Of a stretch of DNA of 64,000 nt, positions 31,666-41,447 are shown piece by piece; position 1 is the stretch's first letter, and every line of letters begins with the position of its first letter. The notes under the pieces are model-generated. The model was not told where the DNA came from. It worked only from the letters and a program-made list of their open reading frames with translations, and searched no databases. A program made the position numbers and the translations under genes. Source of the DNA: Robiginitomaculum sp. (lineage in GTDB: Bacteria; Pseudomonadota; Alphaproteobacteria; Caulobacterales; Maricaulaceae); NCBI GenBank assembly GCA_015485335.1, contig WFTT01000102.1, forward strand, positions 25,583-89,582, read 5' to 3'.

Positions 31666-33225
31666 TTACCCCCGTATGGCCATTTCCAGGCCGTTGGCAT
31701 CGCGCGCCGGGTCTTTGGGCAAGGTTTCGGCGGCTCCGAACAGTATGCGTTGCGCCGTCCAGGCACAGGCACAGGCATCCAGAAAATCATTGCGCACGGC
31801 ACTTAGGGGGGTGAACGTCTCTTTAGCTAAAAATTCAGCCTCAAAGCCGATTTTCTGCAAAGCCTCGACGCGTTCTTTTTCGCCTTCAATGGTTTTTTTG
31901 GCGTGCTCACAGGGCTCGCCCTCGCGGATCAGGGTAAAGCACAGCTCGGGATGGGTTTCGAAGATGCGCGATTGCAGATCCGGGGTGATGCGTGCATCGA
32001 TCTCGCGCATTTTATCAAACAGCGCAAAGGTTTGCTGGGAGAGCTTGGGGGCATGCTCGGCGGATTTGGCATTGGCGGCACAGGCCGCTTCATAACTAGT
32101 GGTATAAAGCGCCCGCCGGCTGGGTGATGAAAATACCGAGGATTTACGTGGCCCCAGGCGTTCGCGCACGGCCCGTTCACACCCCCGGCCACCGCGCACC
32201 GCCTTTTCCAGAAAACCAATGGGCATATCCACTGCCACAATTTCGGGCCGTTCCGGCGTTAGCAAGACATCCCAAAAACCGCGCAAGGGGCGCATAATGG
32301 GTGAGTGCTGGCCGGTAACGTCCAGCATCACCGCGATCCAGCCACCGGGACAGCCATCCATGCCAGCTACCCAGCGGGCATGGCGCCGCGCCTGTAATGG
32401 CGGACGGGCAGAAACCCCAGTACGGGGGCTGACCAGACGCTCCTGGGTCGCCACCAGGGGTAACTCCTTGGATTCCAGACGCTGGGCTTCGCTAAGCACC
32501 ATATCAATGGAGGAAACCGAGGTCTCCAGCGCCGCCCGTATGGTGCTGCCATTAAGCAGGTGGGCGGTGAAGAGCGCGGTCAACAGATCGCCGGTACCGC
32601 GGGGCACATTTTTGTAACACGAGGTGGTGACGCACCAGGCCTCGTCCTTGCTGACCGCCAGGGTGGCACATAGCGCGGTACTGGGGGTCGAGCTGGCAAT
32701 CACCTGGGGGCATTTTGTGGCCCGCGCCGCCTCTACTGCCGAGCCTTCGTCAAACACCGGCCGATCAGAAATATGGGCCAGCTCCCAGGCATTAGGGGTA
32801 ATAATGTCGGCCCGGGGCACCAGATCGCGTTTAATGGCCTCGGCCACCGCATCGGGTACATAAAGGCCATCAGGCTCATCGCCCATCACCGGGTCGACCA
32901 CCACCATCACATCGGGCTTGGCGGCGCGTACATAATCGATCATGGCCGCCGCGGCGGTGATTTGTCGCGAAGAGCGAAAATAACCGGTAATGACCGCATC
33001 AATTTTATCCAGAACGCCTTGGGCCTGCACCGCCAGAAACATGCGCGACAGACCATCGGCATCAATTTCCACCAGCCCCGGATCCCCCCAGCCGGGGTGC
33101 CGACCCATCAGAACGGTAGGCAGGGTAATGACCTCAACGCCCATGCGTTGCAGGGCAAATGTCGAAACAGAGGCCCCAACGCGGCTGGATGCCGCCTGTG
33201 AAGAGATTAAAAGTACGGTTTTCAT
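31666..33225 (-). CDS. fusion protein: pyridoxal/pyridoxamine kinase (N-terminal ~275 aa) + DUF429 domain (C-terminal ~235 aa)
   Basis: Start trimmed to MKTVLLISSQAASSRVG. The PdxK/PdxY-like ribokinase fold includes VPRGTGDLLTALF. The C-terminal half carries DUF429-like motifs (GMDGCPGGW, VDMPIGF, HPELCF, FLDACACAW). Confidence 0.8.
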   Translation of the reverse strand: MKTVLLISSQAASSRVGASVSTFALQRMGVEVITLPTVLMGRHPGWGDPGLVEIDADGLSRMFLAVQAQGVLDKIDAVITGYFRSSRQITAAAAMIDYVRAAKPDVMVVVDPVMGDEPDGLYVPDAVAEAIKRDLVPRADIITPNAWELAHISDRPVFDEGSAVEAARATKCPQVIASSTPSTALCATLAVSKDEAWCVTTSCYKNVPRGTGDLLTALFTAHLLNGSTIRAALETSVSSIDMVLSEAQRLESKELPLVATQERLVSPRTGVSARPPLQARRHARWVAGMDGCPGGWIAVMLDVTGQHSPIMRPLRGFWDVLLTPERPEIVAVDMPIGFLEKAVRGGRGCERAVRERLGPRKSSVFSSPSRRALYTTSYEAACAANAKSAEHAPKLSQQTFALFDKMREIDARITPDLQSRIFETHPELCFTLIREGEPCEHAKKTIEGEKERVEALQKIGFEAEFLAKETFTPLSAVRNDFLDACACAWTAQRILFGAAETLPKDPARDANGLEMAIRG

Positions 33226-33285
33226 GGGGGCACTATTGCGCAAAGATGTTAAAAAAATATCGCGCGCTCTCATCAAGGATTAATT

Positions 33286-34200
33286 ATGCCAAACTCTTTG
33301 CGTTCCGTATTGTTTGTCCCCGCCGCCAATACCAAGGCCTTGGCCAAGGCCCCGGCCTTGCAGGCGGATGCAATTATTCTGGATCTGGAAGATGCCGTCG
33401 CGGTCGGGGAAAAGGATGACGCCCGGACGGCGGCCCTGCGGGCCCTGTCTGTGGAGGGGTGGAAACCTCCAATAAAGGCGGTGCGGATCAATGCATTCAA
33501 TACCGGTTGGGCCGAGGCAGACCTGCTGGCGATGACCCCGGCGGGGGTGGATGTGCTGGTCATTCCCAAGGTAGAAAGTGCAGCCATATTGCACCGGGTG
33601 CGTGCCGTTATGGCCCGTGCCGCTCAGGTACCGGGGCGACCCCTGCCCGCCCTTTGGGCCATGGTGGAAACGCCGCGCGGGGTTTTAAATGCCCGGGAAA
33701 TTGCCGCCAGCGCCGCCGGAACCGGGTTGGGGGCCCTGATCGCGGGGACCAATGATCTGGCCAAGGAACTGGGTTGTGATGGATTGGCCAATGACCGCGA
33801 GGCCTTGCGTTCTCATCTGGCAATGATTGTTCTGGCGGCGCGGGGTTATGGCTTGAAAGCGCTGGATGGGGTGTATAATGCCTTTGCTGACGAGGACGGC
33901 TTTGTCCAAGAAGCCAAACAGGGAAAACGCTTTGGTTTTGATGGCAAAACCCTGATCCACCCGGCGCAGATCGGGCCGGCCAACACGATTTTTGGACCGT
34001 CCGAAGAGGCCGTTAAACGGGCCAGGGCCATTGTACGGGCCTTTAAGCTGAAAAAGAATGCTGGCAAGGGCGTGATTAACCTGAACGGGGAAATGATCGA
34101 ACGCCTGCACCTGCAAGACGCACAGGCTTTGCTTGACTCTCTACCTGTCCTGTCGGCAAAACCATCCTCTGGTTCGCGTAAAGGAAAGAAACCATCATGA
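33286..34200 (+). CDS. HpcH/HpaI aldolase / citrate lyase beta (CitE)-like acyl-CoA lyase
   Basis: N-terminus RSVLFVPA...; motifs DLEDAV and ETP at MVETPRG. 304 aa. Confidence 0.85.
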   Translation: MPNSLRSVLFVPAANTKALAKAPALQADAIILDLEDAVAVGEKDDARTAALRALSVEGWKPPIKAVRINAFNTGWAEADLLAMTPAGVDVLVIPKVESAAILHRVRAVMARAAQVPGRPLPALWAMVETPRGVLNAREIAASAAGTGLGALIAGTNDLAKELGCDGLANDREALRSHLAMIVLAARGYGLKALDGVYNAFADEDGFVQEAKQGKRFGFDGKTLIHPAQIGPANTIFGPSEEAVKRARAIVRAFKLKKNAGKGVINLNGEMIERLHLQDAQALLDSLPVLSAKPSSGSRKGKKPS

Positions 34201-34784
34201 AGACATTTGTAATCGGCCTTGGCCTTGGCATTACCATGATGATGGCTTCCTCTGCCTATGCTCAGGAAGATGCCCCGACTTGTAGTGTCAGCGGCAGTGA
34301 CATGACCGCCTTTGCCGCCCTGGATTATGATGCGTTTAATTATGGTCCCGATGGCTGGCGTTCCCTGTCCTCCAGAAAGTGCTTTTTTGATGCCGGGGCC
34401 AGCATTGTCTCGTGGCTGGTGGACCATGAAGGGGATCTGGATGGCCCCCAATTGCGTACCCAGCATTATCAGGCCGCGCGCAATTTTGCTCTGGCGGATC
34501 GCAAACAGATCGCCTTGTTGCAATTACGACTGGCACAGGACAACACCCCGGCAAAGTTGGGAGAAATGGACTGGAACGCCTATCTGGCCGCCTTTAATGC
34601 CTGGCTTTCCAAAGATAAAGCCGCCCTGGACCAAGCCATTGAACGCCTGAAAAAACAGGCCACCGGCAGCGATGGTCGCAAACCCAATCTGGATGCGGCC
34701 TTGCGTTTTAAACGCTGTTTTACCAAACCCTATATCATGATCGAACAGGATCCTTCCTGCATTGCCACCCCGCCGTCGGAGTAA
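34197..34784 (+). CDS. hypothetical secreted protein
   Basis: Signal peptide (MKTFVIGLGLGITMMMASSAYA). ATGA overlap with the upstream gene. I do not recognise a family. Confidence 0.5.
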   Translation: MKTFVIGLGLGITMMMASSAYAQEDAPTCSVSGSDMTAFAALDYDAFNYGPDGWRSLSSRKCFFDAGASIVSWLVDHEGDLDGPQLRTQHYQAARNFALADRKQIALLQLRLAQDNTPAKLGEMDWNAYLAAFNAWLSKDKAALDQAIERLKKQATGSDGRKPNLDAALRFKRCFTKPYIMIEQDPSCIATPPSE

Positions 34785-34787
34785 ACC

Positions 34788-35138
34788 ATGACCATGAAGC
34801 TTTATCATAATCCACGTTGTTCCAAATCCCGGGCCACCAAGGCCTTGCTGGACGAGCGCGGGTTGGACTATGAAACGGTGCTGTATCTGGAAACGCCGCC
34901 TGATACGGACGAGCTGTTATCCTTGGTCAACAAGCTGGGCCTGCAATCGGCACGCGATATGATGCGCAAGGGCGAAGACGCCTATAAGGATTTAGGGCTT
35001 TCCTCGGTCAGTGATGAAGATGCCCTGATCGTGGCCATGAGCGAGCACCCAAAGCTGATCGAACGGCCCATTGTGGTCAATGGCGATCAGGCCGCGATCG
35101 GCCGTCCCATCGAAGCCGTGATCAAAATTATTGAATAA
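34788..35138 (+). CDS. ArsC/Spx-family protein (glutaredoxin-type arsenate reductase-like)
   Basis: 116 aa with YHNPRCSKSR, including the catalytic Cys, and ERPIV near the C-terminus. Confidence 0.85.
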   Translation: MTMKLYHNPRCSKSRATKALLDERGLDYETVLYLETPPDTDELLSLVNKLGLQSARDMMRKGEDAYKDLGLSSVSDEDALIVAMSEHPKLIERPIVVNGDQAAIGRPIEAVIKIIE

Positions 35139-35184
35139 AGGAATGCGGGGGTCTGGACCGTCTGCATATAAGGGCTAGCGCGAA

Positions 35185-36516
35185 ATGACCCGGACTTTAA
35201 CCCGCCGGCGCGTAATGGCGCTGACCTGGCCGATGATTTTCGCCAATGCGCTGATCCCGCTGGTCGGGGTGATCGATACGGCGGTAATTGGTCTGGCCGG
35301 CGATGCCACTGACATTGGCGGTGTGGCCCTGGGGGCCATGGTGTTCGCGGTTTTTTACTGGAGCACCTATTTTCTGCGCATGGGGGTCACCGGCTTTACT
35401 GCCCAGGCTCTGGGCGCGGGGGATATGGCCGAAAGCCAGCGTACAGTGGCGCGGGCATTATTGATCGGCCTGGTGTTGGGATTATCTTTTCTGGCCTTGA
35501 AAACACCGATCAGCGTGCTGGCCTTCAATATTCTGCAAGGCAGCGACACGGTCGAGGCCAAGGGGGCGGCCTATGTGTCGGCGCGCTTTTGGGGCGCCCC
35601 GGCGGCACTGGGGCTCTTTGCCGTTACGGGCTGGTTGATCGGGGCTGGCAAAACCCGTCTGGCACTGATGGTGCAGGCGGTCCTGGCGGTCACCAATGGG
35701 GCGCTGGATGCATGGTTTGTCTTGCGCCTGGGCTGGGGGCCAACCGGGGTGGCCGCAGGCACCGCCATTGCCGAATGGCTGGCGTTTCTTCTGGGCTTGC
35801 TCCTGGTTTTGCGGGCCTTTAAAACGGACCGGGCCACCCTTATTGCTACACTGTCGCTGTCTCAATTGCTGGACACAGGCGCGCTGAAAAAACTGTTCGG
35901 TTTGAATTTCAATCTGTTTTTACGCTCCATATTCCTGACCTTTGGCTTTAGCTGGTTTATCAATGCCGGGGCCCGTCAGGGGGATGTCTTGCTGGCCGCC
36001 AATCAGGTGTTGTTACAGTTCATCATGGTGTGGGCCTTTGTGCTGGATGCCTTTGCCTATACTGCCGAGGCGGAAACAGGCCGGGCCTTTGGCCGGGGTT
36101 CGGTTGTGGATTTGCGTCGTGCGGTGCGCCTGACCAGTGAATTCGCCTTTGCCTGTGCCTTTGGGTTTGCGGTACTGACCCTTTTTGGCGGCGACTGGGT
36201 AATCAATCAACTGATTGCCGACCAGGCGGTACGCGAGGCCGCCATCGGGTTTCTGCCCTGGTGCGCCGCGGTGCCCATTTTGGGGATTGGTTCCTGGCAA
36301 TTGGATGGCATTTTTACCGGCGCCACACGCAGTGCCGCCATGCGCAATTCTTCGCTGGCTTCCTTGCTGATCTATCTTATCTTTGATGCGCTTTTTGCCC
36401 CCAGTGGCAATGCCGGGGTCTGGACGGCATTTCTGATTTATTTTGTGGCCCGGGGGCTTACCCTGTTGGTGGCATATCCGGCACTGGAACGCGGCCTTGC
36501 GCCAAAGCAGGCCTAA
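35185..36516 (+). CDS. MATE-family efflux transporter (DinF-like)
   Basis: 443 aa with about 12 TM helices and a MATE N-terminal pattern (PMIFANALIPLVGVIDTAVIG). Confidence 0.88.
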   Translation: MTRTLTRRRVMALTWPMIFANALIPLVGVIDTAVIGLAGDATDIGGVALGAMVFAVFYWSTYFLRMGVTGFTAQALGAGDMAESQRTVARALLIGLVLGLSFLALKTPISVLAFNILQGSDTVEAKGAAYVSARFWGAPAALGLFAVTGWLIGAGKTRLALMVQAVLAVTNGALDAWFVLRLGWGPTGVAAGTAIAEWLAFLLGLLLVLRAFKTDRATLIATLSLSQLLDTGALKKLFGLNFNLFLRSIFLTFGFSWFINAGARQGDVLLAANQVLLQFIMVWAFVLDAFAYTAEAETGRAFGRGSVVDLRRAVRLTSEFAFACAFGFAVLTLFGGDWVINQLIADQAVREAAIGFLPWCAAVPILGIGSWQLDGIFTGATRSAAMRNSSLASLLIYLIFDALFAPSGNAGVWTAFLIYFVARGLTLLVAYPALERGLAPKQA

Positions 36517-37568
36517 TTGCGGCCGACGGCTTCACCGACATTGGCAAAGCCGTTGGCACGCAATATCTCAGCTAATTCAGCCTTGATGGAGCCAACCAGA
36601 GATGGTCCGTACAGCGCCAAGGCGGTGTATAATTGTACGGCGCTGGCCCCGGCGCGGATCTTGGCATAGGCATCCGCGCCCGAGGCAATGCCGCCCACCC
36701 CGATCAGCGGCACCCGCCCTTTGGTGGCGTGTCTGAAGCTGCGCAACACCTCGGTAGAGCGGGTAAATAATGGCTTGCCCGACAAACCGCCCGCCTCGCC
36801 CCGTGCTGCGCTTTGCAGGCCGTCCGGGCGGCTGATGGTGGTGTTGCTGATGATCAGGCCGTCCAGCGCATAATGACGGGCCGCCTCGCTGATCTGGCTG
36901 ATCTGGGTATCATCCAGATCCGGCGAAACTTTCAGGAAAAAAGGGGGTGATGGTTGATCTGCGCTAAGATCCGCGCGGGCCTCCATAATTCGTCCCAACA
37001 GCTCCTGCAGGGCGTCCTTGCCCTGCAGCTCGCGCAGGCCTGGCGTGTTGGGCGATGAAATATTGATGGTGAACCAGCCCGGCAGGCCCCACAGGGTTTT
37101 CAGGCCCGTAACATAGTCGCCAATACGGTCCTTGGAGGTTTTATTGGCGCCAATATTGGCCCCAATCATGGGGGCGCGGCGTCTTTGGGCCGCAAGATTG
37201 CGGGCAAAATGATCCAGCCCGTCATTGTTAAAACCCATACGGTTGATCACCGCCCCATCCTGGGGCAGGCGAAAGAGGCGCGGCCGTGGATTGCCCGCCT
37301 GTGGCAAAGGCGTAACCGTGCCACATTCCACCCAGCCAAAGCCGGCCCGGATCATGGCGGCCCCGGCGCGGGCATTTTTGTCAAAGCCGGCGGCCAGGCC
37401 AATGGGATTGGTCATCTCCAGGGGCCCTAGATGTGTGCGCAAAACCGGATCGTCCGGGGTGTGTTGCACCGGGCCAAGACCGGCTCGTAAGGCCTGAATA
37501 GTCAGTCCATGGGCGGTTTCGGCGGGCAGGCGGCGCATGACCGCCCCGGCAAGATCATAAAGGCTCAT
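36513..37568 (-). CDS. pyrD: dihydroorotate dehydrogenase (quinone), class 2
   Basis: 351 aa with blocks NPIGLAAGFDKN, GANIGANK, INISSPNTPGLR and GVGGI. Confidence 0.95.
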   Translation of the reverse strand: MSLYDLAGAVMRRLPAETAHGLTIQALRAGLGPVQHTPDDPVLRTHLGPLEMTNPIGLAAGFDKNARAGAAMIRAGFGWVECGTVTPLPQAGNPRPRLFRLPQDGAVINRMGFNNDGLDHFARNLAAQRRRAPMIGANIGANKTSKDRIGDYVTGLKTLWGLPGWFTINISSPNTPGLRELQGKDALQELLGRIMEARADLSADQPSPPFFLKVSPDLDDTQISQISEAARHYALDGLIISNTTISRPDGLQSAARGEAGGLSGKPLFTRSTEVLRSFRHATKGRVPLIGVGGIASGADAYAKIRAGASAVQLYTALALYGPSLVGSIKAELAEILRANGFANVGEAVGRN

Positions 37569-37909
37569 GGAATGTATGATCCAAAATCATGGCCGCTTTC
37601 ATCGCGGTCCAGCAATTGTGCCGTCTGAACGGCACGCACGGCCAAGGGGGCATAAAGGTGTGGAAACAAAAGACCGCCGCGCGAAGGCTCCCATTTCAAA
37701 TCTGCCTCAACGTCTTTTACCGCAACACTGATCAGCATCAGATCCGGTATATCCGCATAATAGCGCCGCGCCGTTTCGCGCACGGTGGCGGCGGTGGAAA
37801 AATGGATAAAGCCATCGCGTTTGTCATCTGCGCTGCCCAAAAAAACGCCTGTCCGCTTGGCCTCAAGCCAGCTTTGTTGGTCCATCAGGCGGTAAATTAT
37901 GTCATCCAT
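37565..37909 (-). CDS. DUF952 family protein
   Basis: 114 aa with DGFIHFSTA and LFPHLY motifs. Overlaps the pyrD start by 4 nt. Confidence 0.75.
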   Translation of the reverse strand: MDDIIYRLMDQQSWLEAKRTGVFLGSADDKRDGFIHFSTAATVRETARRYYADIPDLMLISVAVKDVEADLKWEPSRGGLLFPHLYAPLAVRAVQTAQLLDRDESGHDFGSYIP

Positions 37910-38002
37910 GGTGCGCCAATAACGCAGAACGGATTAAATTAATAGGGCCCAGGGTATAGGTTTACATTCCTAATTGCGGGTGTATATTCTTCTGATTCTG
38001 CA

Positions 38003-38647
38003 ATGGTGTCGAAAAACATGCTGACCCATAAACAAATCTGGCGAGGATTGGACCTTCTCGCCACTCGGGCGGGCCTCAGCCCTTCGGGTCTGGCGCGCAA
38101 GGCCGGGCTGGACGCCACCGCGTTCAACCCGTCCAAACGCTATGCCGCCAATGGAACCCGTTTGCGTTGGCCCTCCACCGAAAGCATTGCCAAGGTGCTG
38201 GACGCGGTTGGGGTAAATTTTGAAGATTTTGCCGCCATGGCCAGTGGCGGACCGGCGTCCGGCCGTCCGGTCCCGCTGATCGGTCTGGCCCAGGCTGGTT
38301 CTGGTGGTTTTTTTGATGATGCGGGCTATCCCATTGGTGCCGGCTGGGACGAGGTACGCTTTCCTGGCTTTGATGGCAGCCGCGCCTATGCACTGGAAAT
38401 TTCCGGAGATTCCATGGTGCCGGTCTTTCGCGATGGGGACCGCATTGTGGTCGCCCCCGAAGAAAGCGTGCGCCGGGGCGACCGGGTCGTGGTGCGCACC
38501 CGTGATGGCGAGGTGATGGCCAAGGAATTGCGACGCATGACCCAGACCCGGATCGAACTGGCCTCGCTTAACCCTGAATATCCGGACCGGGTTCTGGACC
38601 GCAAGGATGTGGACTGGATTGCCCGCATCGTCTGGGCCAGCCAATAG
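38003..38647 (+). CDS. HTH + S24 peptidase (LexA/CI-like self-cleaving repressor family)
   Basis: N-terminal HTH region. C-terminal SGDSM (Ser nucleophile) and a downstream Lys (MAKEL). 214 aa. It is not LexA itself, judged by its N-terminus. Confidence 0.8.
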   Translation: MVSKNMLTHKQIWRGLDLLATRAGLSPSGLARKAGLDATAFNPSKRYAANGTRLRWPSTESIAKVLDAVGVNFEDFAAMASGGPASGRPVPLIGLAQAGSGGFFDDAGYPIGAGWDEVRFPGFDGSRAYALEISGDSMVPVFRDGDRIVVAPEESVRRGDRVVVRTRDGEVMAKELRRMTQTRIELASLNPEYPDRVLDRKDVDWIARIVWASQ

Positions 38648-38650
38648 GGC

Positions 38651-39811
38651 TTAATGGCACAAATGCCTGGGCAGTTTCTTTAAGGTTTTCAGGCACAGGT
38701 CCAGCTGGCTTATGGCCACATATTCGTCCGGCTTGTGGGCCTGTTCGATCGATCCGGGACCACAGATCACGGCGGGCAGGCCGGCCTGTTGAAAATGTCC
38801 GGCCTCGGTGGTGTAGGATACCACGCGGCTGTCATTATCCCCGGTCAGCAGACGGGCGATCTGTTCGGCGGCACTCTGTGGATCTGCATCCAGTGGGGGG
38901 GCGCTGGTTTTGCGCTCAAAAATAATCCTTGCCTCGGGCGCGCTTTGGCGCATCTGCGCCTCGACCTCTTTTGCCTTTTGCGCAAAGCGCGCTTCGATGG
39001 CGGCGCAATCATCGCTGGGCAATAGGCGTAAATCCCATGAAAACGTGCATTCCTTGGCAATGATATTGACCGCGGTGCCGCCTTTGACCAGTCCGATGGT
39101 CAAGGTGCCATAGGGTGGATCAAACGGATTATGGGGATCGGCCTGGGTGCGTAAATCATCGGCAATGGCACAAAGCTCCGCCATTAACAGCCCGGCCGCC
39201 ATCACCGCCGAGGCTCCTTGGTGCGGCAGGCTGGAATGGGCCTCTTTGCCCAAAACCTGCACATGATATGAATTTTGCCCCTTATGGGCGCTGACCACAT
39301 GCATATCGCTGGGCTCGCCCACCAATACCGCGGCCGGGGTGGGCAGGTCGCGGCGCAAGGCCTCGATCAGTGAAGGTGCGCCGATACAACCAACTTCTTC
39401 GTCATAGGAAAAGGCAAAATGCACCGGACGGGCCAGTTTAGCACGGGCAAAATCCGGTGCGGCGGCCAGGGCGCAGGCAATAAAGCCCTTCATATCGCAG
39501 GTGCCGCGGCCATAATAACGCCCATCCTGTTCGTGCAAAACAAACGGGTCACCGGACCAATTCTGACCATCCACCGGCACCACATCGGTATGACCCGAAA
39601 GCACCAGACCACCCGGGTTCATCGGACCAAGGGTGGCGTAAAAATTGGCCTTTCTGCCATCCTCGCTCAACACACGGGCGCACTGGGCGCCCAGATTTTG
39701 CAAATAGTCTTCTACCCAGTTGATCAGAGCCAGGTTGGAATTACGCGATACCGTATCAAACCCCACAAGGGTGGTCAGAATGTCCCGAACCTGGGCGCGT
39801 GTGCCCCCCAT
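38651..39811 (-). CDS. argE: acetylornithine deacetylase (M20 family)
   Basis: M20 blocks LSGHTDVVP, GRGTCDMKG and EEVG. The start at MGGTRAQV overlaps the upstream FKBP stop (TGATG). Confidence 0.82.
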   Translation of the reverse strand: MGGTRAQVRDILTTLVGFDTVSRNSNLALINWVEDYLQNLGAQCARVLSEDGRKANFYATLGPMNPGGLVLSGHTDVVPVDGQNWSGDPFVLHEQDGRYYGRGTCDMKGFIACALAAAPDFARAKLARPVHFAFSYDEEVGCIGAPSLIEALRRDLPTPAAVLVGEPSDMHVVSAHKGQNSYHVQVLGKEAHSSLPHQGASAVMAAGLLMAELCAIADDLRTQADPHNPFDPPYGTLTIGLVKGGTAVNIIAKECTFSWDLRLLPSDDCAAIEARFAQKAKEVEAQMRQSAPEARIIFERKTSAPPLDADPQSAAEQIARLLTGDNDSRVVSYTTEAGHFQQAGLPAVICGPGSIEQAHKPDEYVAISQLDLCLKTLKKLPRHLCH

Positions 39812-40416
39812 CAGGACGCCTTGGAACAATCAAGGGTCTGGTCAACACCATAGGTCCGGCGGTACTCATCCACACTCAGATCCATCAGTTTGATGAGGTT
39901 GATTTTAAACACCAGGGTTTCATTTGGTCCGATGGGGCCACCCATGGTGCCGCTGGCGCCATAGGCCAGTTCCGGCGCAATATAGAGCATCCATTCATCG
40001 CCGGGGCGCATCATGGCCAAGGCCTCGACCCAGCCCTTGATCAGGCGATTAGAAGGAAACACCGCCGGCACGCCACGGGTATAGGAGCTATCAAACTCTT
40101 TGCCATCAATGCTCCTGCCCTCATAGTTCACACAGACAAACTGGCCGGGATAGGGATGTTTGCCATCTTTGGGGCCGGCTTTAATGACCTTGTATTGCAG
40201 GCCGGACCGGGTGGTTTTGACCCCTTTGACATTTTTGTTTTCATCCAGAAAGGCCTTGCCCCGGATCAGGTTTTTCTGCGCCGGGCTCATATCTTCGCTG
40301 AATTCCGGTTGGTCCACAGTCGCGGCGGGTTGATCGTCTTTGTCACCTTTTTTGGCGGGGTTGCAGGCGACAAGTAATACGGCAAGGCCAAGGCTGGCCA
40401 ACACAATCGGTTTCAT
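39811..40416 (-). CDS. FKBP-type peptidyl-prolyl cis-trans isomerase lipoprotein
   Basis: Start trimmed to MKPIVLASLGLAVLLVACN (lipobox), preceded by AGGAAG. FKBP C-terminal domain (GWVEALAMMRPGDEWMLYIAPELAYG). Confidence 0.9.
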   Translation of the reverse strand: MKPIVLASLGLAVLLVACNPAKKGDKDDQPAATVDQPEFSEDMSPAQKNLIRGKAFLDENKNVKGVKTTRSGLQYKVIKAGPKDGKHPYPGQFVCVNYEGRSIDGKEFDSSYTRGVPAVFPSNRLIKGWVEALAMMRPGDEWMLYIAPELAYGASGTMGGPIGPNETLVFKINLIKLMDLSVDEYRRTYGVDQTLDCSKAS

Positions 40417-40572
40417 GGTTTTTCTTCCTGTAAAAAGTCTGTTTTTCATGTAAACGAGCCGGCTGGCTTTGGCGAGTAAAAATATGTTCACCCGGGCGCG
40501 GTGTGTGCATAATTGCTTGCCAGCTTTCTTCCCCAGAGGTATGCCGGGCCATACGCATAAAGGACGCTTCCC

Positions 40573-41298
40573 ATGACTGCACTTGCGCTTGTTCGCCACG
40601 GCCAGAGCCAGTGGAATCTGGAAAACCGCTTCACCGGCTGGGTCGATGTCCCCCTGACCCCAAAGGGCGAGGACGAGGCCCGCAAGGCCGGACAATTACT
40701 GGCGGCATGCGGCCATGAATTTGATCAGGCCTATACCTCATTGCAAACCCGGGCGATCCGCACCTTATGGCTGGCCTTGGCCGAAATGAACGAGGTCTGG
40801 TTGCCGGTGGCCAAGGATTACAGGCTGAACGAGCGTCATTACGGCGCGCTGACCGGGTTGAACAAGGCCGAAACCGCCAAAAAGCATGGTGATGAGCAGG
40901 TGCATATCTGGCGCCGGTCCTATGATATTCCGCCGCCGCCCATGGAATGGGATAATCCGCTGAACCCGTGCCTTGACCGGCGTTATGCGCATGTTTCACG
41001 TGAAGCACTGCCGGTTGCCGAATCCCTGAAAATGACCCTGGAACGGGTGCTGCCTTATTGGGAAAGCACCATAGAGCCCAACCTGGCCAATGGGCGCAAC
41101 ACACTGATTTCTGCCCATGGCAATTCATTGCGCGCCCTGGTCAAGCGATTGTTTAACGTGCCGGACGCAGACATTGTCAATGTGGAAATCCCCACAGGAA
41201 ATCCGTTATTGATCACGCTGGCTCCGAACAGTCTGGATATTCAAAGCGCCCGTTATCTGGATGAAAACCGCGCCAGCGCACTGCCCGTCATTCAATAG
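40573..41298 (+). CDS. gpmA: 2,3-bisphosphoglycerate-dependent phosphoglycerate mutase
   Basis: RHGQSQWNLENRFTGW catalytic His motif, ERHYGAL, and SAHGNSLRAL. Confidence 0.95.
   Translation: MTALALVRHGQSQWNLENRFTGWVDVPLTPKGEDEARKAGQLLAACGHEFDQAYTSLQTRAIRTLWLALAEMNEVWLPVAKDYRLNERHYGALTGLNKAETAKKHGDEQVHIWRRSYDIPPPPMEWDNPLNPCLDRRYAHVSREALPVAESLKMTLERVLPYWESTIEPNLANGRNTLISAHGNSLRALVKRLFNVPDADIVNVEIPTGNPLLITLAPNSLDIQSARYLDENRASALPVIQ
40992..41007. promoter_or_regulatory. parS-like site TGTTTCACGTGAAGCA (15/16 match)
   Basis: One mismatch to the palindromic parS consensus. Located inside gpmA, about 37 kb from parB. Confidence 0.5.
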
Positions 41299-41447
41299 GT
41301 CACCTAGATCGGTCCAAACGCGCCGGTTTGTGCGGATGTTATAAAGATTTGTGTAACCATACGGGAAATATATTTGCCCAAAGCCGCGCAATTATAACTC
41401 TTTTAACATTCAGAGAGCACCATTTGCGTCCATAGGGATGTAAGGCC

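Noticed and set aside
35139-35184. SOS (LexA) box upstream of the DinF-like MATE gene or near the S24 repressor gene
   Set aside because: No GTTC-N7-GTTC / GAAC-N7-GAAC alphaproteobacterial LexA motif is found in the short upstream regions (35139..35184, 37910..38002).
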